Translations under genes and position numbers: made by a program
The notes under the pieces: model-generated
The model's input: the letters and a program-made list of their open reading frames with translations, nothing else
Told to the model about the DNA's origin: nothing
Database searches by the model: none
Shown here: in pieces, positions 1-10,138 of the stretch
Layout: every line of letters begins with the position of its first letter
How positions within the stretch are numbered: the stretch's first letter is position 1
Assembly: GCA_038143065.1 (NCBI GenBank)
Contig: JAYQLI010000047.1
Coordinates: forward strand, 1 to 45,138
Source: Rhodospirillales bacterium
GTDB lineage: Bacteria > Pseudomonadota > Alphaproteobacteria > Bin95
Direction: 5' to 3'
Length of the DNA stretch: 45,138 nucleotides

Positions 1-150
1 AACCAATGGCGGGACAGAGTGTTTGGCGCCACTTAGTTACACAAAAACCTGACAAAAAGCAAAATCTCAGAGCTGATTTTAAAATAGCGGAAGGGTACAG
101 TATTGGTCATGGCTTAATGACTGAACGCGTTTGATTTCAGGCAAGGCGGC

Positions 151-166
151 TTATTCTGACAGCGCC
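151..166. repeat. 16-bp direct repeat, copy 1; possible IS6-family terminal inverted-repeat remnant
   Basis: TTATTCTGACAGCGCC matches 1414-1429 at 15/16. The reverse complement GGCGCTGTCAGAATAA resembles IS6-family ends (the IS26 IR starts GGCACTGT). No transposase is nearby. Confidence 0.4.
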
Positions 167-237
167 TTGCCAACCACTCATCACAAAAACGTTTATGAAG
201 TTCGGAGTGATTGCTACTGGTGTAGCCAGCTACACAA

Positions 238-1228
238 CTATGGTATTAGTACACTTGCACCGAGCGTCGTCCCAGACTCAATCGCGGAATGCGCCCTCAC
301 TGCGTCCTCTAATGCATATTCGTAATTGATATTTGCATCCAAAATTCCATCACCGATGGCCTGAAATAAATCACGTGCTGTCCATTCTAAATCGGATCGT
401 TTCGCAACATAGTGCATGATAGCCGGTCGAGTAATGAAGAGTGAACCTCGGCGTCCCAAATCCTGAATTATATCTATGGGATCAGGTGGTCCAGAAACAT
501 GCCCATAAGCCGCGCAAACACCCATCATTCGCAGGCTATCTAGACTATCACTTAGAGTGTCTTTTCCAATTGCTTCGTAAACAACCGCGGCGCCTTCCCC
601 GTCAGTCACTTCCCGAACAACATCAACAAAATTTTGCTCCGAACGCACTACAGCGTGATGGCACCCAGCAGCTCGTGCTGCCTCAGCCTTTTCATGCGTA
701 GATACTGTACCAACAATCGTAGCTCCCAATGCTTTGGCCCATTGACATAAAATCAAACCCATACCACCAGCAGCAGCATGTACGACAATAGTATCACCAG
801 GTTGCACTGCATATGTCCGATGTAACAAATAATGTGCTGTCATTCCTTTCATAAGAAGCGCAGCCACCTGCTTGTCTTCCAAACCATCAGGCATGTGCAA
901 AAGCTTATCGGCGGGATAGTTTCGAGTTTCTGCATAAGCTACCTAGGGGTGGGATACCGTAAGCAACCTTATCTCCTGTTTTGAAATTTGTGACACCTTC
1001 ACCTACTCCCTCTACTATACCCACACCTTCGAAGCCTATCACAACGGGGGGGGTATCTACCTTCCAAGGATGAGAAATTCCGCCACGGTGATAGGTATCA
1101 GCAAAGTTCACACCAATCGCTGTATGTCTAAGACGAACTTCGCCAGGTGACGGATCAGGAACATGCCAGTCCCTCCATTGCATAACCTCTGGTGATCCAA
1201 ACTCATTTATGACGTGGGCTTTGCTCAT
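238..1228 (-). CDS. NADPH:quinone oxidoreductase family (MDR/zeta-crystallin) protein, split by one frameshift near 940
   Basis: ORF 905-1228 has the N-terminus (GSPEVM, AIGVNFAD, GFEGVG). ORF 238-900 has the C-terminus (GMTAHYLL, HAAAGGMG, VVYEAIG). Confidence 0.85.
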
Positions 1229-1413
1229 CTACATCCTCCAAAACTAACTCTCACTGTTAGACACCAAAAACTACAAATCAATTAAAAATGAGCGTCGCGC
1301 TAACCCAGATAACCGCACAAATTGTCTTGGGGCTGGTTTTGAAATAACGGAAAGATAAAGAATAGGGCATAATTGAGTAGTTTTGATGCATCGCCTGACC
1401 TGATCAACGAGGT

Positions 1414-1429
1414 TTATTCTGACAGTGCC
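1414..1429. repeat. 16-bp direct repeat, copy 2; possible IS6-family IR remnant at the left edge of the high-GC block
   Basis: TTATTCTGACAGTGCC, reverse complement GGCACTGTCAGAATAA. It lies 15 bp from the tdh stop codon. Confidence 0.4.
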
Positions 1430-1444
1430 GGCTGATGTTTAGAG

Positions 1445-2482
1445 TCAATCCCAATCCATAACGACCTTACCAGCTTCACCCGAGATCATGGCAGCAAAAC
1501 CGTCCTCGAAGTTGTCGATGCTCATGCGATGCGTTATCAAATCTGTCAGATCAAGCCCTGACTGCACGAGCGCGATCATCTTGTACCAGGTCTCGAACAT
1601 TTCACGACCATAGATGCCTTTGACATTTAGCATCTTAAAAATGATCTTGTTCCAATCCACGGCAAAACCCGTCGGCGCGATACCAAGAAGCGCAATCTTG
1701 CCTCCGTTGTTCATTTTGTCGATCATGTCGCGCATCGCGGGTGCCGCACCAGACATTTCTAGACCCACATCAAACCCTTCGGTCATGCCCAGATCGGCCA
1801 TCACTTCGCTCAGATTTTGCTCGGTCGCATTCACAACATGTTGCACACCTAATTTGCGCGCCAGATCAATCCGGTAAGGGCTAATATCGGTAATGACTAC
1901 TTTGCGAGCACCGACTTTCTGAGCAACCAGTGCGCCCATAATACCGATGGGGCCTGCGCCCGTGACCAGCACATCCTCGCCAGGAAGATCAAAACTTAGC
2001 GCGGTATGCACGGCGTTTCCGAATGGATCAAAAATGGCTGCGATTTCGTCCGGTATGTCATCGGGGATCGGAACAACATTGGCCTCGGGGATGCAGAGAT
2101 ACTCAGCGAAGGAGCCGGGATGGTTCACGCCAACTCCCTTGGTGTTGCGGCACAAGTGTCCACGCCCGGCGCGGCAATTACGGCAAGTTCCACAGACAAT
2201 ATGGCCTTCGCCCGACACGCGTTGGCCAACGCGAAATTTGGTGGCCGCTTTGCCGCCATCAACGATTTCTCCGCAGAATTCGTGACCCGTCACCATTGGG
2301 ATCGGCACGGTCTTGGCGGACCATTCGTCCCATTTCCAAATATGCACATCCGTCCCGCAGATCGCGGATTTTCTGACCTTGATGAGTACTTCGTCCGGAC
2401 CAGGTTCCGGCATGGGGACCCGATCCATCCAGAGCCCCTCTTCGGCGTGGGCTTTGACCAGTGCTTTCATCAGGTTGGTCAT
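1445..2482 (-). CDS. tdh: L-threonine 3-dehydrogenase
   Basis: [20 protein letters not shown], Zn cluster [29 protein letters not shown] and GKVVMDW. ATGA overlap with kbl. Confidence 0.97.
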   Translation of the reverse strand: MTNLMKALVKAHAEEGLWMDRVPMPEPGPDEVLIKVRKSAICGTDVHIWKWDEWSAKTVPIPMVTGHEFCGEIVDGGKAATKFRVGQRVSGEGHIVCGTCRNCRAGRGHLCRNTKGVGVNHPGSFAEYLCIPEANVVPIPDDIPDEIAAIFDPFGNAVHTALSFDLPGEDVLVTGAGPIGIMGALVAQKVGARKVVITDISPYRIDLARKLGVQHVVNATEQNLSEVMADLGMTEGFDVGLEMSGAAPAMRDMIDKMNNGGKIALLGIAPTGFAVDWNKIIFKMLNVKGIYGREMFETWYKMIALVQSGLDLTDLITHRMSIDNFEDGFAAMISGEAGKVVMDWD

Positions 2483-3676
2483 TGGATGACCCCCATATCC
2501 CGCCCGACCTCGACAAAGGCATCAATGGCGTGGTCGAGTTCCGCGCGGCTATGGGCTGCGGACATCTGAGTACGGATGCGGTCCTGCCCACGCGGAACGA
2601 CGGGGAACGAAAACGGCGCCACAAAAACACCTTTTGCATCCAAACGAGCCGCCATGTTCTGCGCAAGCTTGGGATCACGCAACATCACTGGAATGATCGG
2701 ATGCTCTCCTGGCAACAGATCGAAACCGGCGGCGCCCATACGTGCGCGGAAATGCGTCGCGTTATCCATTAGTAGGTCGCGGCGCTCGGTTGAGCTCTCC
2801 AACATATCAATGACACGTATCGATGTGGCCGCAATCACTGGGGCCAGCGTATTAGAAAATAAGTAAGGACGCGAGCGCTGTCGCAACCAGTCCACAACCT
2901 CGCGCTTCGCGCAAGTATAGCCGCCCGATGCGCCGCCAAGTGCTTTCCCCAGCGTGCCTGTTACAATATCGACGCGCCCCATCACATCGCAATGTTCTAT
3001 CGAGCCGCGGCCTGTCGCTCCCAGAAAGCCCACCGCGTGACTGTCGTCGACCATAACCATCGCATCATAACGGTCTGCGATATCGCAAATTTCGGACAGC
3101 CGAGCGATGTAACCATCCATGGAAAATACGCCATCCGTGGCGATCAGCTTAAAGCGCGCTCCGGATTCTGTAGCGGCCTGAAGTTGCACCTCGAGATCCT
3201 CCATGTCGGAATTTGCATAGCGGTATCGTTTCGCTTTGCACAGGCGCACGCCATCAATGATCGACGCATGGTTCAGAGCATCCGAAATGATTGCGTCCTC
3301 GGGACCAAGAAGCGTCTCGAAAAGCCCAGCATTTGCATCGAAGCAGCTCGAATACAGAATCGTATCCTCAAATCCCAAAAATCCAGATATGCGCCTTTCA
3401 AGCTCAGTGTGTTCTTCTTGAGTACCGCAAATAAATCGAACTGAGGACATCCCGTAGCCATAACGCCCCAGCGCGTCCTGCCCGGCCTCGATTAATTCAG
3501 CATTGTCGGACAAACCAAGGTAGTTGTTGGCGCAAAGATTGATCACTTCTCGACCGCTCTCGAGCGCAACGGTACCAGCCTGCCGAGACGCAATGACCCT
3601 TTCGGATTTGTAGAGGCCGGCGTCCTTTAGGCTGTTAAGCTCCGCATTCAAGATTAGCTAGGAATTTAATGCTCAT
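2479..3676 (-). CDS. kbl: Glycine C-acetyltransferase (2-amino-3-ketobutyrate CoA ligase)
   Basis: [28 protein letters not shown] lysine motif [26 protein letters not shown] and [10 protein letters not shown]. The true start is probably the ATG at 3676 overlapping the thrC stop, which needs one indel near 3651. Confidence 0.95.
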
Positions 3677-5109
3677 GATGTAACTCCTTCTGAGGCAAAA
3701 CTTTGAACTGAACCCTGCGTCAGGCGCGCGTGTTGCAAAATGTATTCTTCGACGCGGGCCCGGTCACTCGTCAGATGAGCGACGGTTTCGGTGCTTCCCG
3801 AGGGAACATCTCCCCAAATCGGAGGACGTGCTGCCTCTCCAGTCGCGTCACGCACCGCGTTGCTGAATTTTGCAGGATGCGCGGTAGAAAGCGTAATCAT
3901 CGGCACGTCCGGGTCTGCATGATCGCGCGCGACCTTGACAGCGATTGCGGTATGCGGATCGGCCAGATAGCCAGTTTCTTTCCAAATCCGCGCAACCTCT
4001 TCCTGCGTTTCAACCTCAGAGACCGCGTCGGCGTCAAAACTGTCGCGGATAAACCGCAGCATTTTGTCGGGCAGGCTGTACCTGCGGCTGTCGTTGAGCG
4101 CCGCCATCAGATCGCGCACCACCGCCGGATCCCGCCCTGCTGCGTCGAACAACAAACGTTCAAAATTCGACGAAATCTGAATATCCATCGAGGGTGTGAT
4201 TGTTGATTTGACGTGCCCAAGCCGATGATCGCCTGTTGCAAGGGTTCGAGCCAGAATGTCGTTCTCGTTGGTTGCGATGACCAAACGATTGATTGGCAGG
4301 CCCATCTGTTTGGCAACAAAACCGGCATATATGTCGCCCAAATTTCCAGTTGGCACGGTAAAGCTGACGGACTGCTCAGGGGCGCCGAGCGCGGTCGCCG
4401 CGGAAAAGTAATACACCACCTGCGCCATCACTCGGCCCCAATTGATCGAGTTGACCGCCGACAACCGGACCGTGCTGGCAAAGGACTGATGTCTGAACAT
4501 GTCTTTCACCATAGATTGGCAGTCATCGAAGCTACCATCGATCGCTATTGCGTGGCAATTTTCAGCGTCAATAGTTGTCATCTGGCGTCGCTGGAAATCC
4601 GACACCTTGCCATTGGGGAACATGAAAAATGTGTCGATGCCGTCGCAGGTTTTGAACGCTTCAAGTGCTGCACCACCTGTGTCGCCAGACGTCGCACCAA
4701 CAATGGTAAGCCGCTCTCCGCGTTCGCTCAGCACGTGATCCATGAGTCTCGCAAGGATCTGCATGGCTACGTCTTTGAAGGCCAGGGTCGGTCCGTGGAA
4801 CAGCTCGAGAAGCCAGTCGTTTGATCCCAACTGCACCAACGGAGTTACGGCGGGATGATGGAAAGTTGCGTAGGCCTCTTCAATCATCCGCCGCAAATTG
4901 ACATCATCAATCTCTCCGCCCACAAAGGGCGAAATCACAGCAAAAGCCACCTCTGCATAGGACTTTCCCTTAAACGATTTCATTTCGCCGAAGCTTAGTT
5001 TTGGCCACGCCTCGGGCACGTAGAGCCCGCCGTCACTTGCCAGCCCCACCAGTAGCGCCTCTTTAAAGGACAGCGATGCCGCCTTTCCGCGTGTCGAGAT
5101 ATATCGCAT
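3673..5109 (-). CDS. thrC: Threonine synthase
   Basis: MRYISTRG, GLASDGGLYVP, ELFHGPTLAFKD (PLP Lys), ATSGDTG, NSINWGR, PSMDIQISSNFERL and TAHPAKF. Confidence 0.95.
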   Translation of the reverse strand: MRYISTRGKAASLSFKEALLVGLASDGGLYVPEAWPKLSFGEMKSFKGKSYAEVAFAVISPFVGGEIDDVNLRRMIEEAYATFHHPAVTPLVQLGSNDWLLELFHGPTLAFKDVAMQILARLMDHVLSERGERLTIVGATSGDTGGAALEAFKTCDGIDTFFMFPNGKVSDFQRRQMTTIDAENCHAIAIDGSFDDCQSMVKDMFRHQSFASTVRLSAVNSINWGRVMAQVVYYFSAATALGAPEQSVSFTVPTGNLGDIYAGFVAKQMGLPINRLVIATNENDILARTLATGDHRLGHVKSTITPSMDIQISSNFERLLFDAAGRDPAVVRDLMAALNDSRRYSLPDKMLRFIRDSFDADAVSEVETQEEVARIWKETGYLADPHTAIAVKVARDHADPDVPMITLSTAHPAKFSNAVRDATGEAARPPIWGDVPSGSTETVAHLTSDRARVEEYILQHARLTQGSVQSFASEGVTS

Positions 5110-5142
5110 ATTTATAATTCCTACGCTATAGGGGCCCTGGCT

Positions 5143-6486
5143 TCAGCCAACTGAAAACAGGCGTTCGTCCAACGGGTAGACTGACATCGTTTCGAAGCCG
5201 TCATTCGTAATGACGCCTTGATCTTCTAGCTTGACCATGTGATCGCCGCCAACCTCACCTACCAGCGCCTCGACGCACAGTGTCAGGCCGGGTTCGAGAG
5301 CTGCGTCAAAGGCACCATCCACCAGTCTGTCTGGATAGGCTATCAAGGGCCATTCGTCACACATGCCAACACCATGCATCGGAGAGGAGTATTTAAGCGC
5401 ATCATACTTGTCCTGAAGGACGTGCAACGACCGCGTTAGGTCTGTCATGTGAAGCCCTGGCCGCAGGAGCGCAGTGTTATAACGGATATGCTCTACCGCT
5501 TCCGCATAGCTTTCGCGCATATGGGCCGGAGCCAGGTCGTCACCGATCCACCACGTGCGGCTTAGATCCGCACAGATACCATAGGGCCCGATCAGATCAG
5601 TGTCGAAGGCAAGAATTTCATTTTCTGAAATGACCCGTGGCCCACATTCCTGGAACCATGGGTTAGTGCGCGGGCCGGATGTAAGCAGCCGTGTTTCGAT
5701 CCACTCGCCGCCACGCTTGATGTTCTCGGCATGGAGCACGGCCCAGACATCGTCCTCAGTCACGCCGCCCTTGGGGATTTCGGTGCGCGCAAAGTCCTCC
5801 ATGACGGACATGGCGCGTTCACAGGAATGGATGGCGCAGCGCATGGCGCGCAGCTCGTGCTCTGTCTTGATGCCGCGCGTGCGTTCGGTAACTTCCTCGC
5901 CATCACGATAATCGAGGCCCGCACGGCGGATCGCGTCCAGCCCCGCCGGCTGAATCTTGTCGATGCCGATTTGTGTATGGCCCGGCGCGTGGCTGGCGAG
6001 CAGGTCCGCGACCTCAGCAGCAAAGGCATCGGCCGCCGGACCGATCCGGTCACCGCGGGCAAAGTAAAACATATCCGCACCTGAACGACTTTCGCGGACA
6101 AGCGGATTGTACTCGGCGAGAAACGGCGCGTTTTTGTAGTCCCAAAGCACCATGTAGCCATCGGCACAAAGTAAGCAGGCCCGGAATGGGTTGTGGGTGT
6201 TCCATAGCTGCATGTTGGTGGTGTCGGTTGCGTAGCGGATGTTCAGGGGATCGAACATCAAAAGGCCCCCGTAGCCGCGCGCCACGATGGCATCGGTCAA
6301 GCGTTTGTGGCGGGCCTTACGCATTTCGGCAAGGTCGGGCAATTCCAACCCTGCCTCGCGCCATTCGGCATGGGCAAGTGCTGTCGGCCCAATCTCGACA
6401 CGGTTGCCGTCATTCTCCGTCCCATCACCAAGGCGTGGGCCCTGGCTTGGGTCAATCTTACGATTATCACTATAATGAACGTTCAT
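5143..6486 (-). CDS. dddP: DMSP lyase DddP (M24 metallopeptidase fold)
   Basis: DddP-type N-terminus (MNVHYSDNRKIDP...RVEIGPTALAHAEW) and FDPLNIRYATDTTNMQLWNTHNPFRA. Metal/catalytic motifs FDTDLIG..ICADLSRT, HGVGMCDEWP, LCVEAL and KLEDQ are present. The ORF could start at 6507. Confidence 0.88.
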   Translation of the reverse strand: MNVHYSDNRKIDPSQGPRLGDGTENDGNRVEIGPTALAHAEWREAGLELPDLAEMRKARHKRLTDAIVARGYGGLLMFDPLNIRYATDTTNMQLWNTHNPFRACLLCADGYMVLWDYKNAPFLAEYNPLVRESRSGADMFYFARGDRIGPAADAFAAEVADLLASHAPGHTQIGIDKIQPAGLDAIRRAGLDYRDGEEVTERTRGIKTEHELRAMRCAIHSCERAMSVMEDFARTEIPKGGVTEDDVWAVLHAENIKRGGEWIETRLLTSGPRTNPWFQECGPRVISENEILAFDTDLIGPYGICADLSRTWWIGDDLAPAHMRESYAEAVEHIRYNTALLRPGLHMTDLTRSLHVLQDKYDALKYSSPMHGVGMCDEWPLIAYPDRLVDGAFDAALEPGLTLCVEALVGEVGGDHMVKLEDQGVITNDGFETMSVYPLDERLFSVG

Positions 6487-6618
6487 ATTCTTCATCTCCG
6501 TAAGCACAATCTGAGATTTTCTTCGTTATCCCGTCGATGTCCCTTGTCTCTCACTCCAAGTAGCAACGCATGTTGGCACTGCTGTTATCCGCGGTAATCC
6601 CATTGCCCTTGTCTCTTG

Positions 6619-7617
6619 TCAGTGCGCGAGCAGCACCTTTTCTTCGCTAGGCGATATCCCGAAGTGCCTCTTGTATCTCTTTGAAAAAAGGAATGGCGTT
6701 GAGAACCCACACGCAATGGCAACGTCAATGATCCGCATTTGGGTATGTTGCAGCAACGCCTGCGCCTTTTCGAGCCTGAGTGTCGTCATGTAGGTGTTGG
6801 GGCTAACTCCCAGGTAGCGAGCAAACAATCGTTCGAGCTGTCGAGTAGATATACCAATCTGACTGGCGATTACCGAGGGTGAAACAGGCTCCTCAATGCA
6901 ATCTTGCATATAGGTTATCGCTTTTAATAACTTTTCGTTTCTTTGTTTCAGGCTGAGCGGGCTTGAATTGCTCTGTCGACAATCCCCATTACGCAGAGAC
7001 CCACAAAGCAGATGATCAGCGACCTTCTCCGAGGTGTCTGGGCCTGCCTTTTGACGGATCAACGCAGAAAAAAGATCCAAGGTGGCAGCGCCTCCGCCAC
7101 AGGAAACGATGTTCGCGTTCTCTTCAAAAATTGTGCAGGACGGTTCCAGATCCAAATATCCTTCATCAAAGGCGGGTTTCATGCGCCAGTGCGTGCTAAT
7201 GCGTCCTTCGGTGACGATGCCGATGCGGGCGAGAAAGAGGGGGCCGCCTCCCAAAGCACAAAGTCGGATGCCTTGTCGCGCGGCGCGCCGCAGCCAAGCC
7301 ACAGCCTTTCCAGATTTGCGGTAGTTTTGTGAATTGAAGGAGCAGCAAACGACGATGCAATCCCCTCGCTGGATATCCGGCAGCGGGCCATCTACGGCTA
7401 CGTTCAAGCCCGAAGAAGAGACGATGCTGTCGCCGGTTTCGCTAACGGTTTTCCAATGAAAGAAGGTCTTGCCCAGCGTGTCGTTCGCCGCAGACAACGA
7501 GTCTAACCCGGATCCCAGCTCCAACGCCGAAAATCCCGGCATCAAAAGAAAAACGAAACGGTTCACCGCGACCAGTTCGCTGACCGCTTCTTCGATGATT
7601 TTTTCTGGTCGCCCCAT
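6619..7617 (-). CDS. GlxA/GbdR-family AraC transcriptional regulator (GATase-like + AraC HTH)
   Basis: FLLMPGFSALE N-terminal domain and STHW. C-terminal ISTRQLERLF...LRLEKAQALL...VAIACGF. Confidence 0.92.
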   Translation of the reverse strand: MGRPEKIIEEAVSELVAVNRFVFLLMPGFSALELGSGLDSLSAANDTLGKTFFHWKTVSETGDSIVSSSGLNVAVDGPLPDIQRGDCIVVCCSFNSQNYRKSGKAVAWLRRAARQGIRLCALGGGPLFLARIGIVTEGRISTHWRMKPAFDEGYLDLEPSCTIFEENANIVSCGGGAATLDLFSALIRQKAGPDTSEKVADHLLCGSLRNGDCRQSNSSPLSLKQRNEKLLKAITYMQDCIEEPVSPSVIASQIGISTRQLERLFARYLGVSPNTYMTTLRLEKAQALLQHTQMRIIDVAIACGFSTPFLFSKRYKRHFGISPSEEKVLLAH

Positions 7618-7630
7618 GGCTCTCCTCCTA

Positions 7631-10083
7631 TTAAGAACGCATGTTCGCGCCGTTGGCGTCGTAGATTGGTCCTGCTAAAATCAGCGCGTTATAGAAGTCG
7701 CCTAAAATTTCTACCTCCAGCTTCGTTCCTGGCGTTGCGAATTCGGTTGCAACGTACCCCATCGCAATCGACTTGCCGACATGATGCGCATAGCCGCCTG
7801 AGCTGACATAGCCGACAGGTTCACCATCTTTTAGGATGGCCTCGTCATGGGCTACGTCGATCCCCTGGACGTCGATTGTCATTGTCACCAACTTCTGCGA
7901 AACACCTTCATCTCGGGCTTTCAGCGTAGCGTCTTTTCCGACAAAGTCCTTTTTCCAGTTGATGAAGACGTCCATGCCAGATTCGACTGCATCAAAGTCG
8001 GGGCGATATTCCATAGTCCAGACACCCCAGCCCTTCTCGAGCCGCATCGAAAGCAGGGCACGCGCGCCATACCAACGGTAGCCCAGATCGGCACCTGCCT
8101 CTTCGATTGCGTCAGCCAGGCGCATAAGATATTGTGGCTTACAATAGATTTCGTATCCCAATTCGCCAGAGAAGCTGATCCGGTTGATGATCGCCGGCAC
8201 GCCGCCAACAAAGGTCTGGCGCAGATCGCGGAACTTGAAGGCTTCGGCGGAAACATCGTCGCGCGTGATCCGGGCCAGCAGCTCTCGCGATTTTGGGACC
8301 GGACAAGGCGATGCCGTGCCAGTCGTCCGAAACATTGGCGTAGGAAACACCTACGGGCAGGTCTTTTTCGAACCAGCGGCGGTGTGCCTCCTGCATCGCA
8401 CCAGACCCAAACAGCATGAAATGATCCTCAGCTAGGCAAGCCACCGTCAGATCGCCGTAGAGTTTGCCCTTAGGCGTCAGCATCGGCGTCAGCGCCAAGC
8501 GCCCAGGCTTGGGAACAAAACCGGCAAGAATGTGGTTCAAGTATTGGCGAATGCCCTGACCTTTGAATTCGTGTTTAGCGAAGTTGGCGATCTCTATGCC
8601 ACCAACGGCTTCACGCACGGCCCTAATTTCCTCCGCGACATAGTTGTGAGAGCGGTTACGCTCAAAGGTCGGAACTTCATATGCATCTTCCGGTCCATCC
8701 GCAAACCAGAGCACGTGTTCAAGGCCAAAACCCTGATCCATCACGGCACCCTTGGCGATCATGCGATCATAGAGCGCGGTCGTCTTTTGCTTACGCCCCT
8801 TGGGAAGAGTTTCGTTCGGGAAGGTCATCACGAACCGGCGTTCGTAGTTTTCCGACGACTTGATTGTGCTCCAGTCAGGTGTCGCGAATTCACCAAAACG
8901 TGCCACGTCCATCGCCCAGACATCAATAGATGGTTCGCCGTCGATCATCCACTCCGCAAGGGTCAAGCCGACACCGCCGCCCTGGCAGAAGCCCGCCATG
9001 ACACCAACAGCCACCCAATAATTTTTCACACCCGGAACAGGACCAATTAGAGGATTGCCATCTGGACCAAAAGTGAATGGACCGTTGATCACATCCTTGA
9101 TCCCAGCATTAGCCATCGCCGGAAGACGTTCGAATGCGGTCTCCAGACGATCTGCAACACGATCCAGATCCGGCGGCAACAATTCATGACCGAAGTCCCA
9201 GGGCGTTCCGTCGATTTTCCAAGGGGTCGCTTTGAGCTTCATAAGTGCCGAGCAACATTCCTTTACCTTCCTGACGACAGTACACGTTGGCCTCAAAATC
9301 AATGCCGTGTGGCAGTTGCTGCCCAAAATTTGCGACTTCATCCATGTGCTCGGTGATCAAGTAATGGTGCTCCATTGGCTGAACAGGCAGGTGAATATCT
9401 GCCATATGGCCGACCTCGCGTGCCCAAAGACCACCGCAGTTCACAACGTGCTCCGCGTTGATCGTGCCTTTCGAGGTGACAATATCCCAGCTTCCGTCAG
9501 GGCGCTGCGTCATATCGGTGGCGCCACAATGGGTGAAATAATGAGCTCCATGCGCTCTGGCCGCCTTGGCAAACGCATAGGTCGTACCGGACGGGTCGAG
9601 ATGGCCGTCCTGTGCGTCCCACAAAACCGCGTGATAGTGGTCAGGATCGATCAAAGGATGACGCTCGGCCAGCTCCTTGGGCGAAATGAATTCTTGATCC
9701 AAACCCATGTAGCGCGCTTTTGATCGCTCACCTTTCAGGTAATCATACCATTCTTTCGTGGAGGCGGCATAAAAACCGCCGGTTTGGTGCAGACCCACAG
9801 ATTGCCCCGACAGCTCTTCGATTTCTTTATACAGATTGATCGTGTAGGATTGCAGACGCGAGATATTCGGATCCGAACTGATGGTATGGATGCCTCCGGC
9901 CGCATGCCAGGAAGACCCAGACGTCAGTTCGTCCCGTTCAAGCAATACCGCGTCTTTCCAGCCAAACTTGGCCAGATGGAACAGGATCGAACACCCAACA
10001 ACGCCGCCGCCAATGACAACGACTTTAGCGTGTGATGGCAGTTTCTTTGCGCCTGTGGTTTCGATTATCTGGATTGAGGGCAT
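7631..10083 (-). CDS. Dimethylglycine/sarcosine dehydrogenase-like FAD + GcvT-domain demethylase, split by two frameshifts (~9200, ~8290)
   Basis: VVIGGGVVGCSILFHL, LTSGSSWHAAG, NGPFTFGPDGNPLIGP, GcvT domain RISFSGELGYE and SMRLEKG. The three ORFs join to ~815 aa. Confidence 0.9.
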
Positions 10084-10138
10084 GTCTCGGTCTTTCTCAG
10101 GTTAAGGCTTGCACTGGCTACCCTTCAGGGCGGGCATC

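Noticed and set aside
1-60. Left att or tRNA remnant at the window start (TGGCGGGACAG...)
   Set aside because: It does not match the TGGTGCCCGGGGC core and is too short to assign.
238-1228. AcuI acryloyl-CoA reductase partnering DddP
   Set aside because: The motifs are Qor-type (GVNFAD, HAAAGGMG) rather than YhdH/AcuI-type (NYKD), and the gene lies outside the high-GC block.
7631-10083. DMSP demethylase DmdA
   Set aside because: DmdA is a GcvT-only protein; this one has a full N-terminal FAD dehydrogenase domain.
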